Of a stretch of 64,000 nt of DNA, positions 39,087-48,143 are shown piece by piece. Each line of letters opens with the position of its first letter. The first letter of the stretch is position 1. Source of the DNA: Gemmatimonadota bacterium (GTDB taxonomy: Bacteria; Gemmatimonadota; Gemmatimonadetes; Longimicrobiales; Gaopeijiaceae); NCBI GenBank assembly GCA_039589315.1, contig JBDHHQ010000015.1, forward strand, positions 1 through 64,000, in the 5' to 3' direction. The notes below the pieces were generated by a model. That model ran no database searches, was not told where the DNA came from, and saw nothing but the letters and a program-made list of their open reading frames with translations. The translations under genes were made by a program, and so were the position numbers.

Positions 39087-41165
39087 ATGATCGAAGACCT
39101 GAAGAGCCGCGAGATCCAGAAACGCCCGGCTACGCTCCGGTTTCAGGGCCGGATCCTGTACCTGGTGGATGACGCCGGCCTCATGAGGGACCAGCTCTAC
39201 CACGGCCGGAATCTGGAGCTCACGGACGAGCTCCGTGGGAAGCTGCGGGACCAGATCAGCACCGACGAGATCACGCCGGCGTACATCTGCTACTTCTACG
39301 ACGAGACGTTGGGAGACTTCCCATACCTGGGCTTCATGGCCCGCAGCCAGGGCAACGACGAGTTCGAGTTCCCGGTCGAGCGGAATGCTGTGAAGAACGG
39401 TGGTTTCGTCTGCTCCGTGGCGGGCAAGCGCCGGGGCAAGGGGAGCAGCCGCGAAGCCAGTCCCTACGCGGAGATCAACGCCGGCATCCATGTCGTCGTG
39501 GGCGAGAGCATCGAGCGGATCTACAACGAGAACTGCCAGAACCTGGGCGTGCTGACGACCACCGACTTCGACGTCATCGAGAGGATCGAAGCCGGCGAGG
39601 AGATCCCCCTGAGCGTCTTCACGGACGGCAAGGACGAGATCACTCGTCAGATCATCGAGTATGGGGGACTCTTCGAGTTCAACGTGGCCCGACTTCAGGG
39701 CAAGGTCTCGCTGCCCGAGGCCAATCGCAGCACGCGCCCCATGACCCTCGCCGAGAAGATCTTCGCGGGGCACTGGGTGGTGGACGCGGCACGCGGAGAG
39801 ACCGGTGTTGACTGGGTGGCTCCGGGCGAGGCCGGTTTTTTTAGAACGGACATTCGCTTTTCTCACGAGTACGTGACGCCCATGTCCGCCATCTTCTTCG
39901 AGGAGAAGGTGGGTCGGGACGCGAAGGTCGTGGATCCCGATTCGATCCTGTTCTTCCGGGATCACCTGACCTTCCTGCACAGGGTCATGACCCAGGAGCG
40001 CATCGAGCAGGGGCTGTTGGACGTGGCCAACGAGCTGGAGGTCAAGCAGCGGGAGTTCAGCGAGAAGCAGGGCATCCGTCTCTATGGCGAGCAGAAGGGT
40101 AATGTGATGGGATCGGAGGCCATCTGCCACTCCAAGATCCTCGAGGAGTACGCCGAGCCGGGCATGCTCATCATCGGCTCCGACTCCCACACGCCTCATG
40201 CCGGAGCGATCGGGGCGGTTGCCTTCGGGGTCGGCACGACGGCGATCTTCAACTCGTGGATCACCAAGGACGTACGGGTCCGGGTGCCCCCGTCGTTCAA
40301 GGTCGTGATCAGCGGCACGCCGGCGGACAACGTCACGGCCAAGGACTACATGCTGGAGATTCTCCGGCACCCCTACATCCGAGACGGTCACGCCATCGGG
40401 CAGATCATCGAGTACGCCGGACCAGCGGTGGAGGCCCTGTCGGTGGACGAGCGGGCCACCATGACGAACATGGCCGCCGAGGTGGGCGCGTTCACGGGCA
40501 TCGTGGCTGCGGACAGCAAGTCCGTGGACTTCCTTGTGAGCGAGCGGGGCATGGACCGGGCGCGGGCCGAGGCGCTGGCGGAGGGGATGCAGTCGGACCC
40601 CGATGCGGAGTACGTCAAGGTCATCGAGATCGACGCCTCTCGGGTCCGACCCATGGTGGCGCTTCCCGGCGACCCCGGGAACGGCCGCTACCTCGACGAG
40701 CTCTCCGCCGAGCCCGTGCGCATCGACATCGCGTACGCGGGCTCCTGCACGGCCGGCAAGAAGGAAGACATGGACATGTACGCTCGGGTGTTCGGGGAGG
40801 GCTACGAGAATTGGGGCCTCACCGTGCACCCGGACGTGGAGTGCTTCGTCCAGTGCGGCTCCATCGAGGTCCGGGAGTACTGCAGGGAAAAGGGGTACCT
40901 GGACCTGTTCGAGAGGGTGGGCGCCACCTTCATCGAGCCGGGCTGCGGGGCGTGCATCGCCGCCGGGCCCGGGACGTCCCTGTCTCCCGACGATGTTTCG
41001 GTCTCGTCCCAGAACCGGAACTTCCCGGGCCGGTCCGGGCCGGGCCAGCTCTACCTGGTCTCGCCCTATTCGGTCGCTGCGAGCGCCCTGGCGGGCTGCG
41101 TAGTCGACTGGGTGCCGGGCCGGGAGATCGAGCCCGTCGCGCCCAGGGAGCCGGCGGCGGTCTGA
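39087..41165 (+). CDS. Aconitase-family hydro-lyase, swivel (LeuD-like) domain fused N-terminal to a LeuC-like domain
   Basis: ISTDEITP, GKGSSRE, DSHT, GSCT, PGCGAC, NRNFPGRSG. Confidence 0.9.
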   Translation: MIEDLKSREIQKRPATLRFQGRILYLVDDAGLMRDQLYHGRNLELTDELRGKLRDQISTDEITPAYICYFYDETLGDFPYLGFMARSQGNDEFEFPVERNAVKNGGFVCSVAGKRRGKGSSREASPYAEINAGIHVVVGESIERIYNENCQNLGVLTTTDFDVIERIEAGEEIPLSVFTDGKDEITRQIIEYGGLFEFNVARLQGKVSLPEANRSTRPMTLAEKIFAGHWVVDAARGETGVDWVAPGEAGFFRTDIRFSHEYVTPMSAIFFEEKVGRDAKVVDPDSILFFRDHLTFLHRVMTQERIEQGLLDVANELEVKQREFSEKQGIRLYGEQKGNVMGSEAICHSKILEEYAEPGMLIIGSDSHTPHAGAIGAVAFGVGTTAIFNSWITKDVRVRVPPSFKVVISGTPADNVTAKDYMLEILRHPYIRDGHAIGQIIEYAGPAVEALSVDERATMTNMAAEVGAFTGIVAADSKSVDFLVSERGMDRARAEALAEGMQSDPDAEYVKVIEIDASRVRPMVALPGDPGNGRYLDELSAEPVRIDIAYAGSCTAGKKEDMDMYARVFGEGYENWGLTVHPDVECFVQCGSIEVREYCREKGYLDLFERVGATFIEPGCGACIAAGPGTSLSPDDVSVSSQNRNFPGRSGPGQLYLVSPYSVAASALAGCVVDWVPGREIEPVAPREPAAV

Positions 41166-41376
41166 CGATCGCCATCCGCCTTCCCGAGCAGGACCCCCGC
41201 CGTCCGGTGACTTCCCTGACGAGAGTGCCCGTCGCCCGGTCGGCGAGGCGGCCCCTCCGCGGTTGCGCGCCTCCCCACAGGCTGCCCACGTTTCTCGCCG
41301 GTCTCTCCGGCCGGTGCGGGTGCCTCGCTCGCTTCGCACCGAACGATCCACCGAACTCCCTCGACGGACAGGTGCG

Positions 41377-42594
41377 ATGACCCACTCACGACGGGCTTTC
41401 CTCCGCTTCCTCGCCGGTAGCCCGCTCCTGTCGCTGGGCGGGCTCCCGGGGTGCAGCAGCCGAGATGCGGTCGCCGGCCAGCTGGCGGACCGCACCGGTG
41501 GAAGCGGCCAACTGGGCGACCCGATCACGGCTCCGGACGAGGCCCTCAACGTCTTCGACTTCGCCACCGTTGCCGAGGCGAACCTCCCGCCGGCCCACTG
41601 GGGCTACCTTGCCACGGGAGTCGATGACGATCGGCAGCTCCAGGTCAACCGCGAGGGGTTCGAGCGGTTCCACCTACGCCCGCGCCGCCTGGTGGATGTG
41701 GCGGATCCTGAAACAGGCGTCGCGCTTCTTGGCGAGCGCTGGGAGACCCCGATCGTCATCTGCCCCTGCGGAAGCCAGGGCGCCTTCCATGAGGACGGCG
41801 AGCTCGCCACTGCGAGAGCGGCCCGGTCGCGAGACCATCTGATGATGCTCTCCAACGTGTCTTCCACCGGCGTTGAGGACGTGATCGCGGCTCGCGGGGC
41901 TCCCGTCTGGCAACAGCTGTATCCCACGGACAGCTGGGCCGTCGCCGAGGGGGTCGTTCGACGAGCAGAGGCCGCCGGATGCCCCGTCGTCGTGCTGACC
42001 GTCGACCTTCAGCCGGGCGGTAACCGGGAGACCCTGGAGCGATATGTCCGAACCGACTCCAGGGACTGTGGTCGTTGTCACACCGGCCAGCGGAAACCCA
42101 TGTACGAGGGCCTGGACCTGTCGGGAGTGGAGGAGGTGCCTACGACGCTCACGTGGGAGTTCGTGGAGCGGTTGCGCGAAGCGACCAGCATGCAGGTGAT
42201 CGTCAAGGGGATCGGCACCGCCGAGGACGCGCACCTCTGCGTGGAGAGCGGCATCGACGGCGTGGTCGTCTCCAACCACGGGGGACGGGCTGACGACTTC
42301 GGCCTGTCGACGATCGAGATGCTGCCCGAGGTGGTGGCGGCCGTTCAGGGCCGGATCCCCGTCATCGTGGACGGTGGCGTCCGGCGCGGCACCGACATCC
42401 TCAAGGCCATGGCGTTGGGCGCCACCGCCGTGGGGATCGGCCGGCCGTATCTGTGGGGTCTGGGCGCGTTCGGGCAAGCGGGAGTCGAGGCCGTGCTGGA
42501 TCTGTTGCGTGCCGAGCTGCTGCTGGCCATGCAGCAGGCCGGGATCCCGTCGCTCGGCGAGATCCCCGCCGCCGCCGTGGGGACGCGTGCGTAA
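41377..42594 (+). CDS. FMN-dependent alpha-hydroxy acid oxidase/dehydrogenase with Tat signal
   Basis: SRRAFL Tat motif; LRPRRLVDV, QLY, LTVD, VKGI, SNHGGR, DGGVRRGTD, GRP. Confidence 0.92.
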   Translation: MTHSRRAFLRFLAGSPLLSLGGLPGCSSRDAVAGQLADRTGGSGQLGDPITAPDEALNVFDFATVAEANLPPAHWGYLATGVDDDRQLQVNREGFERFHLRPRRLVDVADPETGVALLGERWETPIVICPCGSQGAFHEDGELATARAARSRDHLMMLSNVSSTGVEDVIAARGAPVWQQLYPTDSWAVAEGVVRRAEAAGCPVVVLTVDLQPGGNRETLERYVRTDSRDCGRCHTGQRKPMYEGLDLSGVEEVPTTLTWEFVERLREATSMQVIVKGIGTAEDAHLCVESGIDGVVVSNHGGRADDFGLSTIEMLPEVVAAVQGRIPVIVDGGVRRGTDILKAMALGATAVGIGRPYLWGLGAFGQAGVEAVLDLLRAELLLAMQQAGIPSLGEIPAAAVGTRA

Positions 42595-42615
42595 CGGCGG
42601 CGGGTGGCGGTCTCG

Positions 42616-43479
42616 CTAGCCCCGCGCGACCTCGGCGGCGATTACGGACGCCGGACGCTCGGGCTGCGCGCCCGACTCCACATACGGCTTCAGCGTCTCG
42701 GCGACCAGCAGCCGCCATCCCTCCGGCATGTGCTTCTCCGCGCCCTCGCCTAGCTCGCCGGTGGTGTCGTCCCGGAACTTGAGCAGGGTGCCGTTTCCAA
42801 TCGGCTCCAGTCCGAAGCTCGTGAAGGAACGCCCCGGCCCACCGTAGGCCGCCGACAGGTCCCCGGCCCACTCCAGCACGGCGCCCGACCGCACCGACGT
42901 GACCGTGGCCCAGAGCGCTCCTTCGCCGTCGCCCCAATCCTCGAACACGCGTCCGCCCACCCGCGGCTCGACGGTGAACCGCACCGGCGAGGGGCCCACG
43001 TAGAAGCCGGCGGGCCACCACGAGGCGGTCTCGCTCGTCAATGCCTCCCACACCCGTTCCGGAGGGGCGTCGATGCGAATCTCGAGCTCGGTGGTGACGG
43101 TTCGGAACTTCCGACTCACGCTCCCGTCCATGCCTCTCTCCTTGTCCCTTTCCGCCACGGTTTTGAGTCGCAGAAGTCGTTCGGCCGCGGTCGCTTCGAA
43201 GGGCGTGATCCACCGCCGGGCGAGCTCCTGGATGGGTACCGGATTCAGGTGATTCCAGCGCTCGCGTCCTCGTCGCCGCACGAACACCAGGTTGGCGTCC
43301 ACGAGCACTTTGAGGTGCTTCATCACACCGAAGCGGCTCAGCTCGAACTCGCCGGACAGGTCACCGGTGGTCCGGGGTCGCTCGCGGAGGAGGTCCAGGA
43401 TGGCGCGTCGGGTCGGGTCGGCCAGTGCCTTCCACACCGCCGCGGGATCTCGCTGGGTTTGCTCGGCTAGGATCAACAT
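42616..43479 (-). CDS. ArsR HTH regulator fused to an SRPBCC/AHSA1 domain
   Basis: WKALADPTRRAILDLL, SRFGVMKHL; IDAPPERVWEALT, GW. Confidence 0.9.
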   Translation of the reverse strand: MLILAEQTQRDPAAVWKALADPTRRAILDLLRERPRTTGDLSGEFELSRFGVMKHLKVLVDANLVFVRRRGRERWNHLNPVPIQELARRWITPFEATAAERLLRLKTVAERDKERGMDGSVSRKFRTVTTELEIRIDAPPERVWEALTSETASWWPAGFYVGPSPVRFTVEPRVGGRVFEDWGDGEGALWATVTSVRSGAVLEWAGDLSAAYGGPGRSFTSFGLEPIGNGTLLKFRDDTTGELGEGAEKHMPEGWRLLVAETLKPYVESGAQPERPASVIAAEVARG

Positions 43480-43497
43480 GTGACCTAATAGTCACAT
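43478..43497. promoter_or_regulatory. Inverted repeat ATGTGAC-N6-GTCACAT, probable ArsR operator
   Basis: Perfect 7-bp arms overlapping the ArsR start codon in the divergent intergenic region. Confidence 0.75.
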
Positions 43498-43585
43498 ATT
43501 GAGCAAGAGAGGTCAAGGGCCCTTGCCGAGACCCCGCCGGTGCTTCCGTCTTGTGGCGCTCACGCCGACCGCCCATCCTGGCTCC

Positions 43586-44452
43586 ATGACGCCAGAGACC
43601 GTGCCCTTCCGACCCGACCCGAACCTCTACCCGTTCGAGTCCCGCTGGCTGGAATCGAGCGTGGGACCTGTGCACTACATCGACGAGGGCTCGGGTCCGC
43701 CGCTGCTCTTGCTGCACGGCAATCCCACGTGGAGCTTCCTGTACCGGGGCATCGTCATTCGCCTCCGGGACCGGTTCCGGTGCATCGCGCCGGACTACCC
43801 CGGGTTCGGGCTCTCCGTGCATCCCGACGATTACGGGTACACGGCTGCCGAGCACTCCGCGGTCGTGGGAGAGCTGGTGGATCGTCTGGACCTGGACGGC
43901 CTCACGATCATGGGTCAGGACTGGGGGGGACCCATCGGCATGCGTGTGGCCGCCGATCACCTGCCCCGCCTACGGTCGCTCGTGATGGGAAACACGTGGT
44001 ACTGGCCCAGCGACGCGTGGCACATGCGGGCCTTCAGCGCCGTGATGTCCTCCGGATTCATGCAGAACCGGATACTGCAGAGGAATTTCTTCGTCGAGCG
44101 CGTCATGCCGACCGCGGTGAAGCACCGGCTGGCTCCAGAGGTGATGGACCACTACCGAGGGCCGTTGCCGACGCCCCTGAGCCGGGTGGGCGTGGCCGAA
44201 TTCCCGAGGCAGCTCACCAGCGCGACTCCCTGGCTCCAGGAGATCGCCGACGACGTGCGGATCCACATGGGCAACGTGCCGTTGCTCCTGGTCTGGGGCA
44301 TCGGCGACCTGGCGTTCACCGCGAAGTTCATGGACCGGTTCCGGATTGACTTCGCCGACGTTAGCACCACTCGCCTGGACGCGAAGCACTACATCCAGGA
44401 GGACTGCCCGGCCGAGATCTCGGATGCGATCGGCCGGTTCCTCGAGGCGTAG
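43586..44452 (+). CDS. Alpha/beta hydrolase, haloalkane dehalogenase/OleB-like
   Basis: HGNPTWSFLYR, PDYPGFGLS, QDWGG nucleophile, HYIQED. Confidence 0.88.
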   Translation: MTPETVPFRPDPNLYPFESRWLESSVGPVHYIDEGSGPPLLLLHGNPTWSFLYRGIVIRLRDRFRCIAPDYPGFGLSVHPDDYGYTAAEHSAVVGELVDRLDLDGLTIMGQDWGGPIGMRVAADHLPRLRSLVMGNTWYWPSDAWHMRAFSAVMSSGFMQNRILQRNFFVERVMPTAVKHRLAPEVMDHYRGPLPTPLSRVGVAEFPRQLTSATPWLQEIADDVRIHMGNVPLLLVWGIGDLAFTAKFMDRFRIDFADVSTTRLDAKHYIQEDCPAEISDAIGRFLEA

Positions 44453-44485
44453 GGTTGCGGCGCCGACTACGGACGCCTCAAACCC

Positions 44486-45772
44486 TCAGTGCACGGTCGT
44501 CGGGTCGACCCGGGTGGGAGTCTCCCGACCCGACACCATCGTTTCCGCGCCGGCGGCAATCGCTCGGATCGTACTGGTCAGGTGGTCCAGATCGAGTGTC
44601 TCCACGTGATCCGAGACCTGATGGTAGTCGGTGTCCGCGTCGATCGGTGTGGTGCTGATTGAGTGCGCGGGCACGCCGAGGCGAGCCAGAGTGGCGTTGT
44701 CGGACCGGTAGAAGAGGTTCTGCTCGGGGTACGGATCCGCGTAGAAGGAGTACCCCGTCCCCTCCACGGAGCGCTGGAGGATGGCCCCGAAGTCGGACCG
44801 GTCGAAGCCGGTGATCCACGCCGTGTTCGGGCCGTTGACAGCCGGCTTGCCGACCATCTCGATGTTGAACATGGCCACGATCTGATCGGGATCCACCTGG
44901 TTCGAGAAGTGACGTGACCCGAAGCCGCCGCCCTCCTCGGCGGTGAACGCGGCGAACAACAGCGTGCGCTCAGGGATGCCCATCGCCGCGAAGAAGCGGG
45001 CGAGCTCAATGAGCGCCGTCGTCCCCGAGGCATTGTCGTTGGCGCCGTTCGCGATAGAGTCCCCATCCACCGCCGGCCGGATGCCGATGTGGTCGTAGTG
45101 GGCGCTGAACAGCACGATCTCGCCGGAGCGGCGACCCTCGATCTTCCCCACCACATTGGCCAGCTCGGGCGTGAGCACTGAGCCACCCACGGCAACCGAG
45201 AACACTTCTCCACCCAGGTCGGGTGCCAAGACGAATACGGTGCTGGCACCACCGTCGGGACTCATGCGGAAGCGAGGCCGGGACAGAAGGCCCCGGACCC
45301 GTTCGAAGGCCTCGGCGTGGGACGGGTGGACCAGTACCAGGGCATCGTCCACTCCCTGGAGGGCCTGGAAAAGACCACCAGGCTCCCGGTCGGCGTCGAT
45401 CCGGATGACGGCCACCCCGGTTGTCTGGTCCCAGTCGATCGAAAGCGCCGCGAGGGAAATGGCCACGTGCTCCTCGGGCACCTGCGTGCCGTCGATGATC
45501 ACGGTCGCCTCGTTCACCTGGCTGCCGTAGACCTGGAACGCCTGCCGGTAGCTCTCGCTCTCGGCCACGGTCTCCAGCCCGATCTTCCGGAACTCCCCCG
45601 CGATGAAGTCGGCGGCCTGGTCGATGGCAGGGCCGAAGGCGCTCCGCCCCCGCATCTCGTCCGCAGCCAGCGTCGTGATGATCCGCTCCACCTCGGATCT
45701 GGAGATCTCGGGCTCGGCCCCACGGGAACACGCGATCGAGACGAGTAGAACAGGGAGGAGCAGACGTTTCAT
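44486..45772 (-). CDS. M28 family peptidase, lipoprotein
   Basis: MKRLLLPVLLVSIAC; SAHYDH, GANDNASG, TAEEGG, NIEMVG, RSDN, DYH. Confidence 0.9.
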   Translation of the reverse strand: MKRLLLPVLLVSIACSRGAEPEISRSEVERIITTLAADEMRGRSAFGPAIDQAADFIAGEFRKIGLETVAESESYRQAFQVYGSQVNEATVIIDGTQVPEEHVAISLAALSIDWDQTTGVAVIRIDADREPGGLFQALQGVDDALVLVHPSHAEAFERVRGLLSRPRFRMSPDGGASTVFVLAPDLGGEVFSVAVGGSVLTPELANVVGKIEGRRSGEIVLFSAHYDHIGIRPAVDGDSIANGANDNASGTTALIELARFFAAMGIPERTLLFAAFTAEEGGGFGSRHFSNQVDPDQIVAMFNIEMVGKPAVNGPNTAWITGFDRSDFGAILQRSVEGTGYSFYADPYPEQNLFYRSDNATLARLGVPAHSISTTPIDADTDYHQVSDHVETLDLDHLTSTIRAIAAGAETMVSGRETPTRVDPTTVH

Positions 45773-45867
45773 GACCAGGCCGGAGCGATGGGTCCGAGGG
45801 CTCGAGGGGTTTCGACCGAGGAGCGCGCGCTGTCGGAGCTCGGGTCCGGAGAGTCGACGAGCCCCCC

Positions 45868-45907
45868 AAATGCGAGAGACCGACGCCTTGTCGGGCGCCG
45901 GTCTCGC
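45868..45907 (-). terminator. Hairpin downstream of tRNA-Val, probable terminator
   Basis: GAGACCGGCGCC-cgacaa-GGCGTCGGTCTC stem followed by TCGCATTT on the minus strand. Confidence 0.5.
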
Positions 45908-45911
45908 GCGA

Positions 45912-45984
45912 TGGCCGCTGCTGGACTCGAACCAGCGACCCCATCGATGTGAGCGATGTGCTCTACCAGCTGAGCTAAGCGGCC
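45912..45984 (-). tRNA. tRNA-Val(CAC)
   Basis: Cloverleaf GGCCGCT...CATCG-CT-CAC-AT-CGATG...GCTGG-TTCGAGT-CCAGC-AGCGGCC-A; CCA not encoded. Confidence 0.95.
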
Positions 45985-46041
45985 TCGCCGGGCACTGATC
46001 CCGAGCGAAAAAGGGTCCGGGCCTGCTCGCCCGGACCTCCA

Positions 46042-46114
46042 TACCCCCACGGGGACTCGAACCCCGGTCTCTTGGCTGAGAACCAAGTATCCTAGGCCTC
46101 TAGACGATGGGGGC
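46042..46114 (-). tRNA. tRNA-Glu(CTC)
   Basis: GCCCCCA...CTTGG-TT-CTC-AG-CCAAG...CGGGG-TTCGAGT-CCCCG-TGGGGGT-A; CCA not encoded. Confidence 0.95.
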
Positions 46115-46147
46115 GCGGGATGTTCCGCCTCGGAGAGGCAGGCGCCA

Positions 46148-46176
46148 AAGATAATCCTGGCCACGGGGCAGTTCAA
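46148..46176 (-). promoter_or_regulatory. Sigma70 promoter of the tRNA pair
   Basis: TTGAAC-17 nt-TATCTT, about 33 nt upstream of tRNA-Glu. Confidence 0.7.
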
Positions 46177-46269
46177 CCCTTCACGCCGGCGGTGGGGATC
46201 CCCTCTTGCGGCGCGGTTTACCTTATGGCGAAAACCCGGTGATCCAGAGGGCCAGAGGGGGAGTGCCAG

Positions 46270-46560
46270 ATGGCCGAAAAACTGAACGACGAATCGATCG
46301 AAGGCTGGCTACGAGGCCGTCAGGGCTGGAAGCGGAAGGGCGACGCTCTGACGAAGGAATACGGCTTCGAGTCCTTCCGCAACGTGATCGTCTTCGTGAA
46401 TCGCGTGGCCAGCCTGGCGGACGACGCGAACCACCATCCGGACATCGATATCCGCTACAACAAGGTCCGACTCACCCTGACGACCCACGAGTCCGAGGGG
46501 ATCACCGACAAGGATCTGGATCTGGCCGAGCGCGTGGACTTCGCAACCTCGGCCCGCTGA
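46270..46560 (+). CDS. phhB: Pterin-4-alpha-carbinolamine dehydratase
   Basis: ANHHPDIDIRYNKV..LTTH..GITDKD. Confidence 0.9.
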   Translation: MAEKLNDESIEGWLRGRQGWKRKGDALTKEYGFESFRNVIVFVNRVASLADDANHHPDIDIRYNKVRLTLTTHESEGITDKDLDLAERVDFATSAR

Positions 46561-46654
46561 GCCCCCACCCCGAGCTCGCTGGCAACCCCTCCATCCCGCC
46601 ACATGGCGGTCCCACCTTCGACCCACCCGTTGACTCGTCCGAGCCCCGGGCCCC

Positions 46655-47320
46655 TCAAGGGGTGATCTGAAGCACCGCTGTCAGCTCCCGCACCACGAAG
46701 TCGGGCTGGGTCGGGAGCAGGGACTCCTCGTCGAAGGGCCCCCACAGCGCGGCCGCGGTGCGGACCCCGCCTCGCCGTCCCGCCTCCATGTCGAAGGGCG
46801 AGTCGCCCACGAACAGGACCCGCCGCCTTCGGTGGATCCCCAATAGGTGCAGGGCCCGCTCCACGGGCTCGGGGTGGGGTTTCCCGTTGGCCACGTGATC
46901 GGCGCAGACCACGACCTGGAAGTGGTCCCAAAGCTCGCAGACCTCCAGCGTGCGCTGGGCGATACCGCTGCGCTTGCTGGTCACCACACCCAGCGCCGTG
47001 CCCCGCTCGCTCAGGCTCGTCAGCACCTCGTGCGCCGATGGATAGGGGCGCGTCATCTCGTCGTGGACGCTCCGCTGGTAAGTGACGTACGTGTCCAGCA
47101 TCGCCTCCGCCTCGGCTTCGGTCCGCGCGAAGACCTGCAACTGGTCGTGCAGGGGACGCCCGAGCATGTCGAGCCAGCGCTGGTCCGGAGGAGCCTCCCC
47201 CAGGTGGACCCGCATGGTGTGCCGGTAGGATTCGAGGATGAGCGCTACGGTGTCCGCAAGGGTGCCGTCCAGATCGAAGAGGACGGCGTCCCAGCCGGGC
47301 GCGTCATCAGGTTCCGTCAT
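46655..47320 (-). CDS. HAD-IA hydrolase, PpaX-like
   Basis: FDLDGTL, VVTSK, KPHPEP, VGDSPFD. Confidence 0.9.
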   Translation of the reverse strand: MTEPDDAPGWDAVLFDLDGTLADTVALILESYRHTMRVHLGEAPPDQRWLDMLGRPLHDQLQVFARTEAEAEAMLDTYVTYQRSVHDEMTRPYPSAHEVLTSLSERGTALGVVTSKRSGIAQRTLEVCELWDHFQVVVCADHVANGKPHPEPVERALHLLGIHRRRRVLFVGDSPFDMEAGRRGGVRTAAALWGPFDEESLLPTQPDFVVRELTAVLQITP

Positions 47321-48093
47321 GGATGGACCGGCTGCTGGCTCCCCCGCCGGCCTTCGGCCAGGAACATGTGGATCAGGCGGAACGTCTCCTTGTGGTCCAC
47401 CAGCCCCCGGTGGGTCGGGCAGCACACCGTGACGTCCGGCACCCCCGGGAGGGTGGCGTTCTCGCCCGGCACGATGTGGGTATCGACGGGGGTGCGTATC
47501 GTGAAGGCCTCGACCGTCTCCGGGACCGGCGCAACCTCGTTGAGCTGGCTCAGGAACTCGCTCTCGGGCTCCATCTCCTGACCGCCCTCTCCCCAGGCCA
47601 TGTACGCCACCCAGGTGCCCCGCTGGGGCGTCCCGAGGAATACGACGCGGCGGGTGGCCTCGGCCTGGCTCTCCGTAGCCAGGAAGTGACGCACGGCCAG
47701 GCCGCCCATGGAGTGGGCCACGATGTCTACCCGTGGCGAGCCCGTCGCTTCCCGCATCTCGGCCACGGCGGCCGCGACCTCGAGTGCGTGATCCTCGTTG
47801 CTCCCGACCGCATCCCGGAAGCTGATGGCCTTCACCCTGTCCTCCGCCCAGCCGGCCTCGGCCAGGCGCCGTGCCAGCGGCGCCAGGCCCGCAGCCTCGT
47901 CGAACCAGCCCGGGACCAGGATCACCGGTACGTCCCGGGGCCCGGGCTCCGGTGCTGGTGCCGGTGAGCGAAACGCCGCTACCACGGCCACGACTACGAG
48001 GAAGCCCACGGGCCCGAGCGCGACCAGGGCAGCGGCGGCGATGCGGAGAACCCCTCCGATCCCCGGTCCATGCTGCTCTTCTGCGTACGTCAT
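47317..48093 (-). CDS. Membrane-anchored lipase/esterase (alpha/beta fold)
   Basis: PVILVPG, VAHSMGG, LGTP, D and H catalytic candidates; N-terminal TM. Confidence 0.85.
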   Translation of the reverse strand: MTYAEEQHGPGIGGVLRIAAAALVALGPVGFLVVVAVVAAFRSPAPAPEPGPRDVPVILVPGWFDEAAGLAPLARRLAEAGWAEDRVKAISFRDAVGSNEDHALEVAAAVAEMREATGSPRVDIVAHSMGGLAVRHFLATESQAEATRRVVFLGTPQRGTWVAYMAWGEGGQEMEPESEFLSQLNEVAPVPETVEAFTIRTPVDTHIVPGENATLPGVPDVTVCCPTHRGLVDHKETFRLIHMFLAEGRRGSQQPVHP

Positions 48094-48143
48094 CAGGCAA
48101 ATATACCCCATCACGCTGCTGGGGATCGACTGCGATCGGGTGC

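Noticed and set aside
38905..39090. 61-aa uORF overlapping the aconitase start
   Set aside because: No RBS, motif or coding-like composition; probably chance.
38817..41567. 916-aa minus-strand ORF, and similar long antisense ORFs such as 29023-31287 and 57704-59152
   Set aside because: These are mirror frames of real high-GC genes and carry no protein motifs.
45912..46114. tRNA-anchored genomic island
   Set aside because: No integrase gene and no duplicated tRNA 3' end were seen in the window.
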